A stretch of 41,689 nt of DNA, taken from a virus. Lineage: Duplodnaviria > Caudoviricetes. Under the pieces are notes generated by a model. That model worked only from the letters and a program-made list of their open reading frames with translations, ran no database searches and had not been told where the DNA came from. The stretch is from the IMG/VR virus record IMGVR_UViG_3300020045_010482, positions 1-41,689 of that record, one strand, 5' to 3'. A program made the position numbers and the translations under genes. Shown here piece after piece: positions 27,891-36,397 of this stretch (its first letter is position 1; every line of letters starts with the position of its first letter).

Positions 27891-29474
27891 ATGCTCCAAC
27901 TCAGAACTTATCAAACCAAAGCAGTTGCAGATATTAGGGGTTGTTTCAGAAATTCTATAAATTCCACTTTATTTGTACTTCCAACGGGTGGGGGTAAAAC
28001 TGTGATATTTACCTATATTTCTCAACAAACAGCCTTCAAAAATAAACGAGTGCTTATATTGGTGCATCGTGTGGAATTATTACGCCAAACATCAAATGCC
28101 CTTCTTAAATTCGACGTGCAGCACGGTATGATAAATCCGGCTTATACGCCAAATTTTAATAATTTTGTGCAAGTTGCCAGCGTTCAAACGATAATCAAAC
28201 GCCTTGGGTATTTCGCTACAATGAACTGGATTCCTGATGTTATAATAGTTGACGAAGCGCACCACGCTACCGCTGGAAGTTGGCGAAAAGTAATAGAAAA
28301 TTTCCCCAAATCAAAAGTCATAGGCGTAACGGCAACCCCGATTCGTTCAGACGGTCAAGGACTGGGAAGAAATTGCGGTGGTATTTTTGATGAATTAATT
28401 GAAGGCCCTACAATGGCGTGGTTGATGGATGAAGGATTTTTAGTAAGACCTCGAATTTTTGGAACACCCGAAGCCTTGGATTTGTCAGGGGTAAAAAACT
28501 CGATGGGAGATTATGCAAAAAACGACCTTTCAAATTTGCTTGACAAACCAAAAATTATTGGTTCAGCAGTTGCCCACTATAGTAGGTTGTGCTCAAAAAC
28601 TCCAGCAATCGTGTTTTGCTTTTCCGTGGCTCACGCTGAACGCACCGCTCAGGAATTCAGAAATGCAGGATTTCGATTTTATTCCATCGACGGAAATACC
28701 GAAGATGATTTACGTAAAAAACTCATCGACGGCTTGACAAATGGTGATATTGACGGTTTGACTTCCTGTGATTTGATAGGCGAAGGAACCGATATTCCGA
28801 GAGCAACGACCGCAATCGAATTGAGACCGACCCAAAGCAAGGGATTGAACCTACAACAACGTGGGCGGGTTTTACGTCCAGTATATGCTCCTGGTTTCGA
28901 CCTCAACACAAAGGAAGGGCGTTTGGCAGCTATTGCAGCATCTGAAAAGCCGTTTGCATTCATTCTTGACCACGTAGGCAACACGGAACGCCACGGCTTG
29001 CCGTACGATGAGCAGGAATGGAGTTTGGATGGCGAAAAACGAAAACGGGGTTCCAAGAAACAGGAAGAAAATATTCGAGTAGATATGTGCGAGAGTTGTT
29101 TCGCTGTATATGAGCCTTCGTCTGTGTGTCCGCAATGCGGCCACGTCAATAAAACCCGTGACACGACACCCAAACAAATTGAAGGCAATTTAGAAGAAAT
29201 TACCGCCTTGAATTTCATCAAGAAGGAAAAGCGCAAAGAACAAGGACAGGCCGAAAGCTTGGAAGACCTTCGGAAAATTGCAGCCGAAAGAGGTTATAAG
29301 CCGGGATGGGCAAATGCTATATTCACTTCCCGTCAAAAAAAGATTGAAAAAATCGAAATAGAACGCTTGGAGCGTGAGAGAATTGAACAGGAACGAAAAG
29401 AACTCGAAAAATCACAGGAAATAGATTTCGAAGAAATTCCAGCAGGTGAATTTGATGACGATTTAGATTTTTAG
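27891..29474 (+). CDS. SF2 DEAH-box helicase with C-terminal Zn finger
   Basis: PTGGGKT, DEAH, TAT, QQRGRVLR, CESC...CPQC. Confidence 0.93.
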   Translation: MLQLRTYQTKAVADIRGCFRNSINSTLFVLPTGGGKTVIFTYISQQTAFKNKRVLILVHRVELLRQTSNALLKFDVQHGMINPAYTPNFNNFVQVASVQTIIKRLGYFATMNWIPDVIIVDEAHHATAGSWRKVIENFPKSKVIGVTATPIRSDGQGLGRNCGGIFDELIEGPTMAWLMDEGFLVRPRIFGTPEALDLSGVKNSMGDYAKNDLSNLLDKPKIIGSAVAHYSRLCSKTPAIVFCFSVAHAERTAQEFRNAGFRFYSIDGNTEDDLRKKLIDGLTNGDIDGLTSCDLIGEGTDIPRATTAIELRPTQSKGLNLQQRGRVLRPVYAPGFDLNTKEGRLAAIAASEKPFAFILDHVGNTERHGLPYDEQEWSLDGEKRKRGSKKQEENIRVDMCESCFAVYEPSSVCPQCGHVNKTRDTTPKQIEGNLEEITALNFIKKEKRKEQGQAESLEDLRKIAAERGYKPGWANAIFTSRQKKIEKIEIERLERERIEQERKELEKSQEIDFEEIPAGEFDDDLDF

Positions 29475-29496
29475 AAAAATAATTTAAAATATAGTG

Positions 29497-29525
29497 TTTT
29501 AATTAAATTTAATTATTATATTTGC
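29497..29525 (+). promoter_or_regulatory. promoter/operator identical to 27581-27609
   Basis: 29-bp exact repeat containing the palindrome and TATATTTG. Confidence 0.75.
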
Positions 29526-29545
29526 CTAACAAAATAATAGAAATT

Positions 29546-29620
29546 ATGAAAAATAAATATTACACCGTTTTTATGATTTGCGGAAAAGAAATTTGGATAC
29601 CTAAACAATTATTGAAATGA
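29546..29620 (+). CDS. 24-aa micro-ORF (MKNKYYTVFMICGKEIWIPKQLLK)
   Basis: First ORF after the promoter; AATAGAAATT leader; ATGA overlap with next ORF. Confidence 0.45.
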   Translation: MKNKYYTVFMICGKEIWIPKQLLK

Positions 29621-29694
29621 AAAAATTTGACAAAATTTGGGATTCAATTTCCCGTTGGTTGTTCGGAAATCAAAAAAATATTTTTAGACCGTAA
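29617..29694 (+). CDS. 25-aa micro-ORF (MKKFDKIWDSISRWLFGNQKNIFRP)
   Basis: Coupled by ATGA; ends 3 nt before the next ATG. Confidence 0.45.
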   Translation: MKKFDKIWDSISRWLFGNQKNIFRP

Positions 29695-29697
29695 AAA

Positions 29698-29892
29698 ATG
29701 AAACAATATACAGGGGTTACTTGGAATCGCCAAAAACAACAATGGCACGCTGCGATTCGTGAAAATGGCATTTTATACGAATGCGGGTACTATACAGACG
29801 AAATAGAAGCTGTCAAAGCGAGGGATAGATGCATTATAACGCATGGTTTGAATGTCGATAAATTGCAAGTTTTTAAGCCAGTCAAGAAATGA
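29698..29892 (+). CDS. stand-alone AP2-domain DNA-binding protein
   Basis: YTGVTW.....W.A.I...G.Y.DE.EA..ARD. Confidence 0.8.
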   Translation: MKQYTGVTWNRQKQQWHAAIRENGILYECGYYTDEIEAVKARDRCIITHGLNVDKLQVFKPVKK

Positions 29893-30155
29893 AGAAAATT
29901 TCTCAAATAGCGAAAGAATGCGGGGTAACTTACAGAGAAATAGAGACCGTAATAAAAAAAGAGGGTTTTATTTGTGAAAAACAAGGTAGATTTAAAGTTG
30001 TTACACCTCATCAAGAAGAATTAATTCACAACATTTTATATTTTGAAGGCAAAATAACCGAAATAACTTTGGAATCAAAAATGAATATTCCAGAACCTCC
30101 AAAATATCAGGAACCATTCGAAGAATTCAAAAAACGAACTTATGGCAGGAGATAA
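29889..30155 (+). CDS. putative HTH protein
   Basis: ISQIAKECGVTYREI. Confidence 0.5.
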   Translation: MKKISQIAKECGVTYREIETVIKKEGFICEKQGRFKVVTPHQEELIHNILYFEGKITEITLESKMNIPEPPKYQEPFEEFKKRTYGRR

Positions 30156-30576
30156 TTTTTTCACACCTAAAAAACTGGAATTCAAAATTTCGGAAGCCAA
30201 GAAAAAAGCAGGAAAAGAATGCTGTGCTTATGGCTGTAAATCGAAACCAAACTCAAAAAAAGTAGGGTTATGCCATAAGCATTATGCTATTTACCGTCGA
30301 ATGAAAGACCCTGTTTACGACAGGTTCGTGAACTTCAAAGGAAACGCACTGAGGCGTGGAAAAGAATTTTCTATAACCTTGGCCGAATTTCGGGAATGGT
30401 GCATAGAAAAAGGCTACATCATCAAAAAAGGAATGCGAGGGCAAAGATGCACGGTGGATAGGATTCGAAACTGGGAAGGGTATCACATCGACAATATCCA
30501 GTTACTAACGTTGAAATCGAATTTGGAAAAATACAATACCGTCGATAAAAATGACGAGAATTATACACCATTTTAA
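30142..30576 (+). CDS. HNH / beta-beta-alpha endonuclease-like protein with N-terminal Cys/His motif
   Basis: CCAYGC..LCHKHY; TVDRI....GY..DNIQ.L....N. Confidence 0.65.
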   Translation: MAGDNFFTPKKLEFKISEAKKKAGKECCAYGCKSKPNSKKVGLCHKHYAIYRRMKDPVYDRFVNFKGNALRRGKEFSITLAEFREWCIEKGYIIKKGMRGQRCTVDRIRNWEGYHIDNIQLLTLKSNLEKYNTVDKNDENYTPF

Positions 30577-30587
30577 ATAAAAAAATT

Positions 30588-31121
30588 ATGAGCAGAATTT
30601 TAGTAATAGATTTAGAAACAACCGGGTTTCTTCAAACAGGCGGTAAAATAATCGAAGTTGGAATTGTAGGTTTAAATTTAGAAACTGGAAATAAGAAAAT
30701 TCTTTTCAGTGAAATTTGCCGCGAAAGACCAATAATCAGAAAAGAGGTAGAAGATTCTTGGATTGTTAAAAATTCAGACATAACCATTGAAATGATTCAG
30801 AAATCAAAACAATTAATTCATTTAAAACCTACAATTCAATCCATTTTGAATAAATATCCAGCAGGGGCAACCGCATTTAATAACGCCTTTGATTTTGGAT
30901 TTATGGAAAATAGAGGCTTTGTTTTTCCTAAAAAATTGGATTGCCCAATGAAATTGTCAACAAATATTTGCAAACTTCCAAGCAGAAATGGTAAAGCCGG
31001 TTATAAATGGCCAAATTTCGAAGAGGCTCACAAATTCTTTTTTGGAGAAACTGGATATATTGAAAAACATAGAGGTGCAGATGATGCTTTTTATGAAGCC
31101 GATTTGGTTTTTGAACGATAA
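30588..31121 (+). CDS. DEDDh 3'-5' exonuclease (DnaQ-like)
   Basis: DLETTG, FN..FDF, HRGADDA. Confidence 0.88.
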   Translation: MSRILVIDLETTGFLQTGGKIIEVGIVGLNLETGNKKILFSEICRERPIIRKEVEDSWIVKNSDITIEMIQKSKQLIHLKPTIQSILNKYPAGATAFNNAFDFGFMENRGFVFPKKLDCPMKLSTNICKLPSRNGKAGYKWPNFEEAHKFFFGETGYIEKHRGADDAFYEADLVFER

Positions 31122-31157
31122 AAAAGAGGAATATTTAAAGTTTAATAATCAGGAATT

Positions 31158-31388
31158 ATGAATCAAAATTTAAAAACACGCAGGGAACGCTTACAAAAAT
31201 TACCGCTCCAAAAACGTTTGCAAGCGATGGAAGAAATTAGAAGAAGATCTTCTTCTCTTGATTTTCAAAGATTTCTCAATGTTATAGATGACAATAAAGA
31301 CTTCTTGTTAGGATATTTTATTTTTAATAAAAGCCGTGCCGGATCAGATTACTGGTTTTCAATATATTTTAAATATTTAAACAAATGA
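31158..31388 (+). CDS. hypothetical protein
   Basis: ORF in operon; F.F.....G..YW motif. Confidence 0.65.
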   Translation: MNQNLKTRRERLQKLPLQKRLQAMEEIRRRSSSLDFQRFLNVIDDNKDFLLGYFIFNKSRAGSDYWFSIYFKYLNK

Positions 31389-31789
31389 GCAACGGAAAAG
31401 GAGTTACCCTGACAAAAAAAATACAACTTGCACTCGGAAAAAATCCAAATTTTAGGATATTCCGAAACAACGTTGGAAAGTGTTGGATTGGAGCGTCTAA
31501 AAAATTCACACAACCTCAAACGGTAAACGTCAAGGCTGGTGATGTATTAGTACGACAAGCACGTTATTTCGATGCTGGTTTATGCGTTGGAAGTTCCGAC
31601 CTTATCGGAATGAAATCGGTAACTATAACCCCCGATATGGTAGGTAAAACGATGGCAATCTTCACCGCTATCGAAGTTAAAACCCCAACTGATAAAACAT
31701 CACCAGAACAAGTAAATTTCTTGAATATGGTTCAGAAAATGGGCGGTTTAGGGATTATTTGCAGGGATGAAAATAATATAAATATTTGA
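31385..31789 (+). CDS. VRR-NUC domain nuclease
   Basis: FRNNVG, GSSDLIG, AIEVK, EQ..FL..V...GG. Confidence 0.88.
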   Translation: MSNGKGVTLTKKIQLALGKNPNFRIFRNNVGKCWIGASKKFTQPQTVNVKAGDVLVRQARYFDAGLCVGSSDLIGMKSVTITPDMVGKTMAIFTAIEVKTPTDKTSPEQVNFLNMVQKMGGLGIICRDENNINI

Positions 31790-31793
31790 AATT

Positions 31794-32522
31794 ATGAAAT
31801 ATATGGGAAGTAAAAATCGGATAGCAAAAGAAATTCTACCGATTATGTTAAAAGAAAGAAATCAAAGAACTTGGGTTGAACCATTTGTAGGAGGCGCAAA
31901 TATTATTGATAAAGTAGAAGGAAAAAGAATAGGAGCAGACATAAATTCTTATTTGATTGATGCCTTAATTGCTATAAGGGATTGTTTATACGATTTACCA
32001 AAAAATAATAAAGAATTTACCGAAGCTGATTATAAAGAGTTGCGAAAAAGTGATGATTACAAATATAAAGGTTATGCGGGATTTGCATTTAGTTATAGCG
32101 GTAAATGGCTTGGTGGATGGTGTAGGGATGGGGCAGGAAAAAGGGATTACGTAAAGGAGAGTTACAAAAACGCATTAAACCAAAGCGAAAGTTTAAAAGG
32201 AATTAGATTTGTAAATGAAAGTTATAATAAATTGCAAATTCCTGATAACAGCATAATTTATTGCGACCCTCCATACGAAGGAACAACATCTTATAAAAAT
32301 GGATTTAATCACGCTAATTTCTGGCAATGGTGCAGAGATAAAACAACTGAGGGACATATTGTTTACGTGAGCGAATATAATGCACCAAACGACTTTCAAT
32401 GTATCTGGAGTAAAGAAATTGTAAGTTCGCTTACTAAAGATACAGGAAGTAAAAAAGCAATTGAAAAACTTTTCATTTACAACCCAAACAAAAACGATTT
32501 TAACGAAAACCTAGACTTCTAA
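31794..32522 (+). CDS. D12/Dam-family DNA adenine methyltransferase
   Basis: KYMGSK, EPFVGG, DPPY, VSEY. Confidence 0.92.
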   Translation: MKYMGSKNRIAKEILPIMLKERNQRTWVEPFVGGANIIDKVEGKRIGADINSYLIDALIAIRDCLYDLPKNNKEFTEADYKELRKSDDYKYKGYAGFAFSYSGKWLGGWCRDGAGKRDYVKESYKNALNQSESLKGIRFVNESYNKLQIPDNSIIYCDPPYEGTTSYKNGFNHANFWQWCRDKTTEGHIVYVSEYNAPNDFQCIWSKEIVSSLTKDTGSKKAIEKLFIYNPNKNDFNENLDF

Positions 32523-32734
32523 TGCAATCAAAAAAACTTTCATTAATAGAATCCTTAACTCAAACATTTGTAGGTTTAGGCACTTCAGTTTTAATTCAAA
32601 TAATCTTATACCCTGCAATGGGTATTCTTGTTACTTTTTCGCAAAATTTAATAATTACAGCGGTGTTTTTCATTGTTTCAATTATTCGTGGTTACGTAAT
32701 TCGAAGATTTTTTACTAAAAAAAATAATCCATAG
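32522..32734 (+). CDS. small two-TM protein often found beside phage methylases
   Basis: MQSKK.SLIES.....G, SIIRGY..RR.F. Confidence 0.7.
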   Translation: MQSKKLSLIESLTQTFVGLGTSVLIQIILYPAMGILVTFSQNLIITAVFFIVSIIRGYVIRRFFTKKNNP

Positions 32735-32797
32735 GTAAAAATAATCTACTGCTATTAAATTTTTTAACCTAAATTTACCCTCCAAACTTATCAAAAA

Positions 32798-35614
32798 ATG
32801 AATATCCAAGAAATTAAACAAAACTATCGAATTGAGGATGTTATAGGTCAACACATATATTTGAAGAAACAAGGTCCTGAAATGGTTGGTAATTGTATTT
32901 TTCATTCAGATGACCACGCTTCTTTGAAAGTTAATCCAGTAAAAAAGAAATTCAAGTGTTTTGCATGCGGTGCAGGGGGTGATGTTTTGGATTTTTTCGA
33001 ATTGCAAGGATATTCAAAACCCGAAGCAATGAAATTGATTCAAGACAGATCCATTGTTTCGATAGCTGAAACTGCCCCAAAAATTCAGGAACCAATTTGG
33101 ATAAATGCTGTTCCTAACCAAAATAATTTACCTGACGTTTCAAAATTGACTTTCAAGGATTATGGCAATCCATCAAACTTTTGGGCATACCACGATGAAA
33201 ATGGAAACATCATTTCTTATGTTTGCCGTTTCGATTTACCCAACGGCAAAAAAGACGTAATTCCTTACTCCTATAAATCCAACGGTAAAACTACACGCTG
33301 GCAATGGCGAGGGTTGGATACGCCTCGTTTATTGTACAATCTTCACGAATTGAAATCACGCCCACAAGCAATTGTTTTATTGGTTGAAGGCGAAAAAACA
33401 GCCGAAGCCGCTAAATTATTGTTTCCAAAATATGTTGTATCCACTTGGATTGGTGGTGCTGATGGCGTGAAGAATGCGGACTGGACACCGTTGCACGGGC
33501 GTAAAATTTTTCTTTGGGCAGACAACGACGTGGCAGGGATTCACGCAATGTTTGGCGGTTGGTCGCTAAACGAAAAAACAAATATTTACCGTCGTGTTAA
33601 AGGAGTTGCTGAACTTTTTGAGGCGAGTTTCAAACAAATAAAAAATAGTCCTGAATTTCCAAAAAAATGGGATGTTGCCGATGCGATGTGGACACTCGAA
33701 GAAGCACAAGCCTATTTACAGGCGAATAAATCCGAAATTCCCACGGTTTCGGAATACGCTCCAAACGATATTCCAGAAACGGTAATTCCTGAACCTCAAC
33801 CCGAAATTCAAGAACCCATCGAAGCCGTGCCTCCAACCTATCAGGAACTAACCATAAACGAACCTATCGAAGTTGATAACGTGCCAAAAAATCCATATTT
33901 CAAGTGCCTTGGACACGAAAATAACGGTGGCACTATTTACGTTTTTTTCAACTATCGTACGAATTCGGTTATTCGTTTCACAACCGCCAGTTTTTCAAGC
34001 TCCAGCCTATTGCAACTCGCACCTCTCAACTATTGGGAAGGGCATTACAGCAAAGATGCCCGTTCAGGGGTAAAATACGATATTAACCGAGTGGCCGACC
34101 ACTTAACGACAATCTGCTCCAGAATGGGAATTTTTGACAATAATATGATACGTGGCCGTGGTGCTTGGATGGATAATAAAGTACCTGTTATCCATTGTGG
34201 AAACTATTTGATTGTCGATGGAAAAATGAAGAGTTTTTCAAATCACAAATCAAGATTTATTTACGAAGCCGGGAAAGAATTGGGCTTCAATCTAAGAACT
34301 CCATTAAAAAAACACGATGCTTACAAGGTAGTTGAAATATTGTCACGCTTGAACTGGTCACGGCCAATTGAAGCGAAGTTATTGGCAGGGTGGATAGTTA
34401 TCGCCCCTCTTTGTGGCGCATTGAATTGGAGGCCTCACTTGTGGCTCACAGGTTCGTCTGGTTCGGGAAAATCCGAGATAATGAAAATGTTCGTGAAAAA
34501 TTTTATGCGTGAAATGTTCGTGGATGCACAGTCTGAAACAACCGAGGCGGGTATTAGACAATTTTTAAAAGCCGATGCATTGCCGGTGGTTTTTGACGAA
34601 GCCGAAAGCGAAGACAAGCGTTCAGCAGAAAGAATGCAGGCGGTTCTTAATATTATGCGTGCCTCTTCCACTTCGGACGGTGGGAAAATCATAAAAGGCA
34701 GTTCCGGTGGAGCTGCAACCGAGTTCAACATTCGTTCCTGCTTTGCTTTTGCGAGTATTGGAACTTCGATACACCAGCGGTCAGACCAGTCAAGAATAAC
34801 CGTTTTGGAAATAAAACCAGATACTTCAGATGATAAAAAAGAGCGTTGGACAGAAACGCAGAAAATGTATTTCAATACAGTCACGCCTGAATTCGTAGAA
34901 TCATTCCAAAGCCGTTCCGTTTGGCTTTTGCCTACAATTTTGAAAAATGCTAAAGTTTTTTCAAATGCCGCATCCATAGTTTTGAACAACCAGCGAACAG
35001 GCGATCAATTAGGGATACTTTTGGCCGCTTATTTCAGTACTACCTCGGAAAGTGAAATTTCGTTTGAAAACGCCATAAAATGGATGCAGGAACAGGATTT
35101 TTCAGAGGAAAAAATGGCTAATGAAACCCGTGACGAAATCAAATTACTCAACCACTTAATGAACTGTGAAACATCGGTTGAAGGAGCGTTTGGACTGATA
35201 AAACGAACTCTTGGGGAACTTATAATTATAGCCCGTGGCGATGTGGTTTCACAATCAGAATCTGACAGGATTTCGGAACAATTGGCCGACATTACGCTAA
35301 AAAGAATTGGTTTGAAAGTCAAAAACCACTGTTTGTATATTTCGGAAAACTCGGAAAAAATACGTGGATTTCTGGCAAACACGGCATACGTTCGCAATTA
35401 CCATACTATTCTGAAACGAGTGGAAACGGCAGAAAAAGTAAACAATACCACTTTTGGAAGCTACACGAAGGCAAATGCTATTAAGATAGACACAAGGGAA
35501 ATTTTTGGGGAATTTGAAAACCCTGGACTAACAGAAACAGAAATTGAATTGCACGAAGAACTTAAAACGGTAGGGATTGAAAAACAGATGGAAATGAGTT
35601 TTAAAAATAAATAA
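32798..35614 (+). CDS. primase-helicase (CHC2 Zn finger, TOPRIM, P-loop helicase; P4 alpha-like architecture)
   Basis: C.FH.D..AS...CFACG, VEGEK...DND, GSSGSGKS, VVFDEAE. Confidence 0.92.
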   Translation: MNIQEIKQNYRIEDVIGQHIYLKKQGPEMVGNCIFHSDDHASLKVNPVKKKFKCFACGAGGDVLDFFELQGYSKPEAMKLIQDRSIVSIAETAPKIQEPIWINAVPNQNNLPDVSKLTFKDYGNPSNFWAYHDENGNIISYVCRFDLPNGKKDVIPYSYKSNGKTTRWQWRGLDTPRLLYNLHELKSRPQAIVLLVEGEKTAEAAKLLFPKYVVSTWIGGADGVKNADWTPLHGRKIFLWADNDVAGIHAMFGGWSLNEKTNIYRRVKGVAELFEASFKQIKNSPEFPKKWDVADAMWTLEEAQAYLQANKSEIPTVSEYAPNDIPETVIPEPQPEIQEPIEAVPPTYQELTINEPIEVDNVPKNPYFKCLGHENNGGTIYVFFNYRTNSVIRFTTASFSSSSLLQLAPLNYWEGHYSKDARSGVKYDINRVADHLTTICSRMGIFDNNMIRGRGAWMDNKVPVIHCGNYLIVDGKMKSFSNHKSRFIYEAGKELGFNLRTPLKKHDAYKVVEILSRLNWSRPIEAKLLAGWIVIAPLCGALNWRPHLWLTGSSGSGKSEIMKMFVKNFMREMFVDAQSETTEAGIRQFLKADALPVVFDEAESEDKRSAERMQAVLNIMRASSTSDGGKIIKGSSGGAATEFNIRSCFAFASIGTSIHQRSDQSRITVLEIKPDTSDDKKERWTETQKMYFNTVTPEFVESFQSRSVWLLPTILKNAKVFSNAASIVLNNQRTGDQLGILLAAYFSTTSESEISFENAIKWMQEQDFSEEKMANETRDEIKLLNHLMNCETSVEGAFGLIKRTLGELIIIARGDVVSQSESDRISEQLADITLKRIGLKVKNHCLYISENSEKIRGFLANTAYVRNYHTILKRVETAEKVNNTTFGSYTKANAIKIDTREIFGEFENPGLTETEIELHEELKTVGIEKQMEMSFKNK

Positions 35615-35669
35615 ATGTTAAAATTTTGTTAAAACTTTGAAAAAATATTTTTTATTTCAAAAGTTGGTG

Positions 35670-35677
35670 TATATTTG
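35670..35677 (+). promoter_or_regulatory. -7 promoter element TATATTTG
   Basis: TAnnTTTG upstream of ATG 35726. Confidence 0.65.
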
Positions 35678-35725
35678 TACTCAGATAACAACAACGAAGT
35701 TTTTATCACTAAGAAAATAGAAATT

Positions 35726-35905
35726 ATGGAAAATTCATTTTACATCTGGAATACAAAAACTGACGAATCTTTTGACACTAACGAAAATCGTTTCTATTCT
35801 GCATCTTGGGATGTTGAGTTAGAAGAAAAAAGCTATTTAGAAACGGTTATAGCTAATGACCCTGAACGTTTCGAAAATTGCATAATAGTAAATAAATTTG
35901 AATAA
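35726..35905 (+). CDS. 59-aa acidic hypothetical protein (likely start ATG 35726)
   Basis: Leader nearly identical to that of ORF 130. Confidence 0.7.
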   Translation: MENSFYIWNTKTDESFDTNENRFYSASWDVELEEKSYLETVIANDPERFENCIIVNKFE

Positions 35906-36076
35906 ATGGCGCAAATCCTAAAACCAAACCGCCTCGACAACAGAGGCGGTTCACGCTTAAATTCTGGGCGTAAAAAATCAACTATCATTAAAAAATCGGT
36001 CAGTTTTTCGCTTACAGAATCCGAAGAAATAAAAATGAGAAATTTTTTATCGGAAATACGTAATAATCAAAAATAA
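35906..36076 (+). CDS. 56-aa putative DNA-binding protein (RGGxRxxxGRK plus ribbon-helix-helix-like); not in ORF track
   Basis: MAQILKPNRLDNRGGSRLNSGRKKS..SVSFSLTESEEIKMR. Confidence 0.65.
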   Translation: MAQILKPNRLDNRGGSRLNSGRKKSTIIKKSVSFSLTESEEIKMRNFLSEIRNNQK

Positions 36077-36080
36077 TAAT

Positions 36081-36088
36081 TATATTTG
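36081..36088 (+). promoter_or_regulatory. -7 promoter element TATATTTG
   Basis: TAnnTTTG upstream of ATG 36118. Confidence 0.6.
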
Positions 36089-36117
36089 CGTATTGAAAAA
36101 CATCAAAAATATCAAAA

Positions 36118-36342
36118 ATGGAAGAAAACGAAATATTATCACTTGGATTTAAGAAAAATAAGTGGATAGACGAAGGTGAAACTTTTACCGAGTATTTTTT
36201 AGGAAGTGAAAAATTAGGTATAATGATTTCAGGCATAACACTTGTAGAAATTGTGTTTGATAATGATGAATTCATTACAGTTCCTAATTGCAAAACCATC
36301 GAAGATTTGAAGCAGTTGATGAGGCTCTTCAATATCTTTTAA
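36118..36342 (+). CDS. hypothetical protein
   Basis: LSLGFKK...KTIEDLKQL pattern common in phage small proteins. Confidence 0.7.
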   Translation: MEENEILSLGFKKNKWIDEGETFTEYFLGSEKLGIMISGITLVEIVFDNDEFITVPNCKTIEDLKQLMRLFNIF

Positions 36343-36397
36343 ACAAAAATTTTATATCTTCCAATAAAATAATTAATAACTCAAAATCAATAAAAAA

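Noticed and set aside
35927-35951. 9-bp GC-rich hairpin AACCGCCTC/GAGGCGGTT as a terminator
   Set aside because: Inside a plausible CDS and lacks a U-tract; function unsupported
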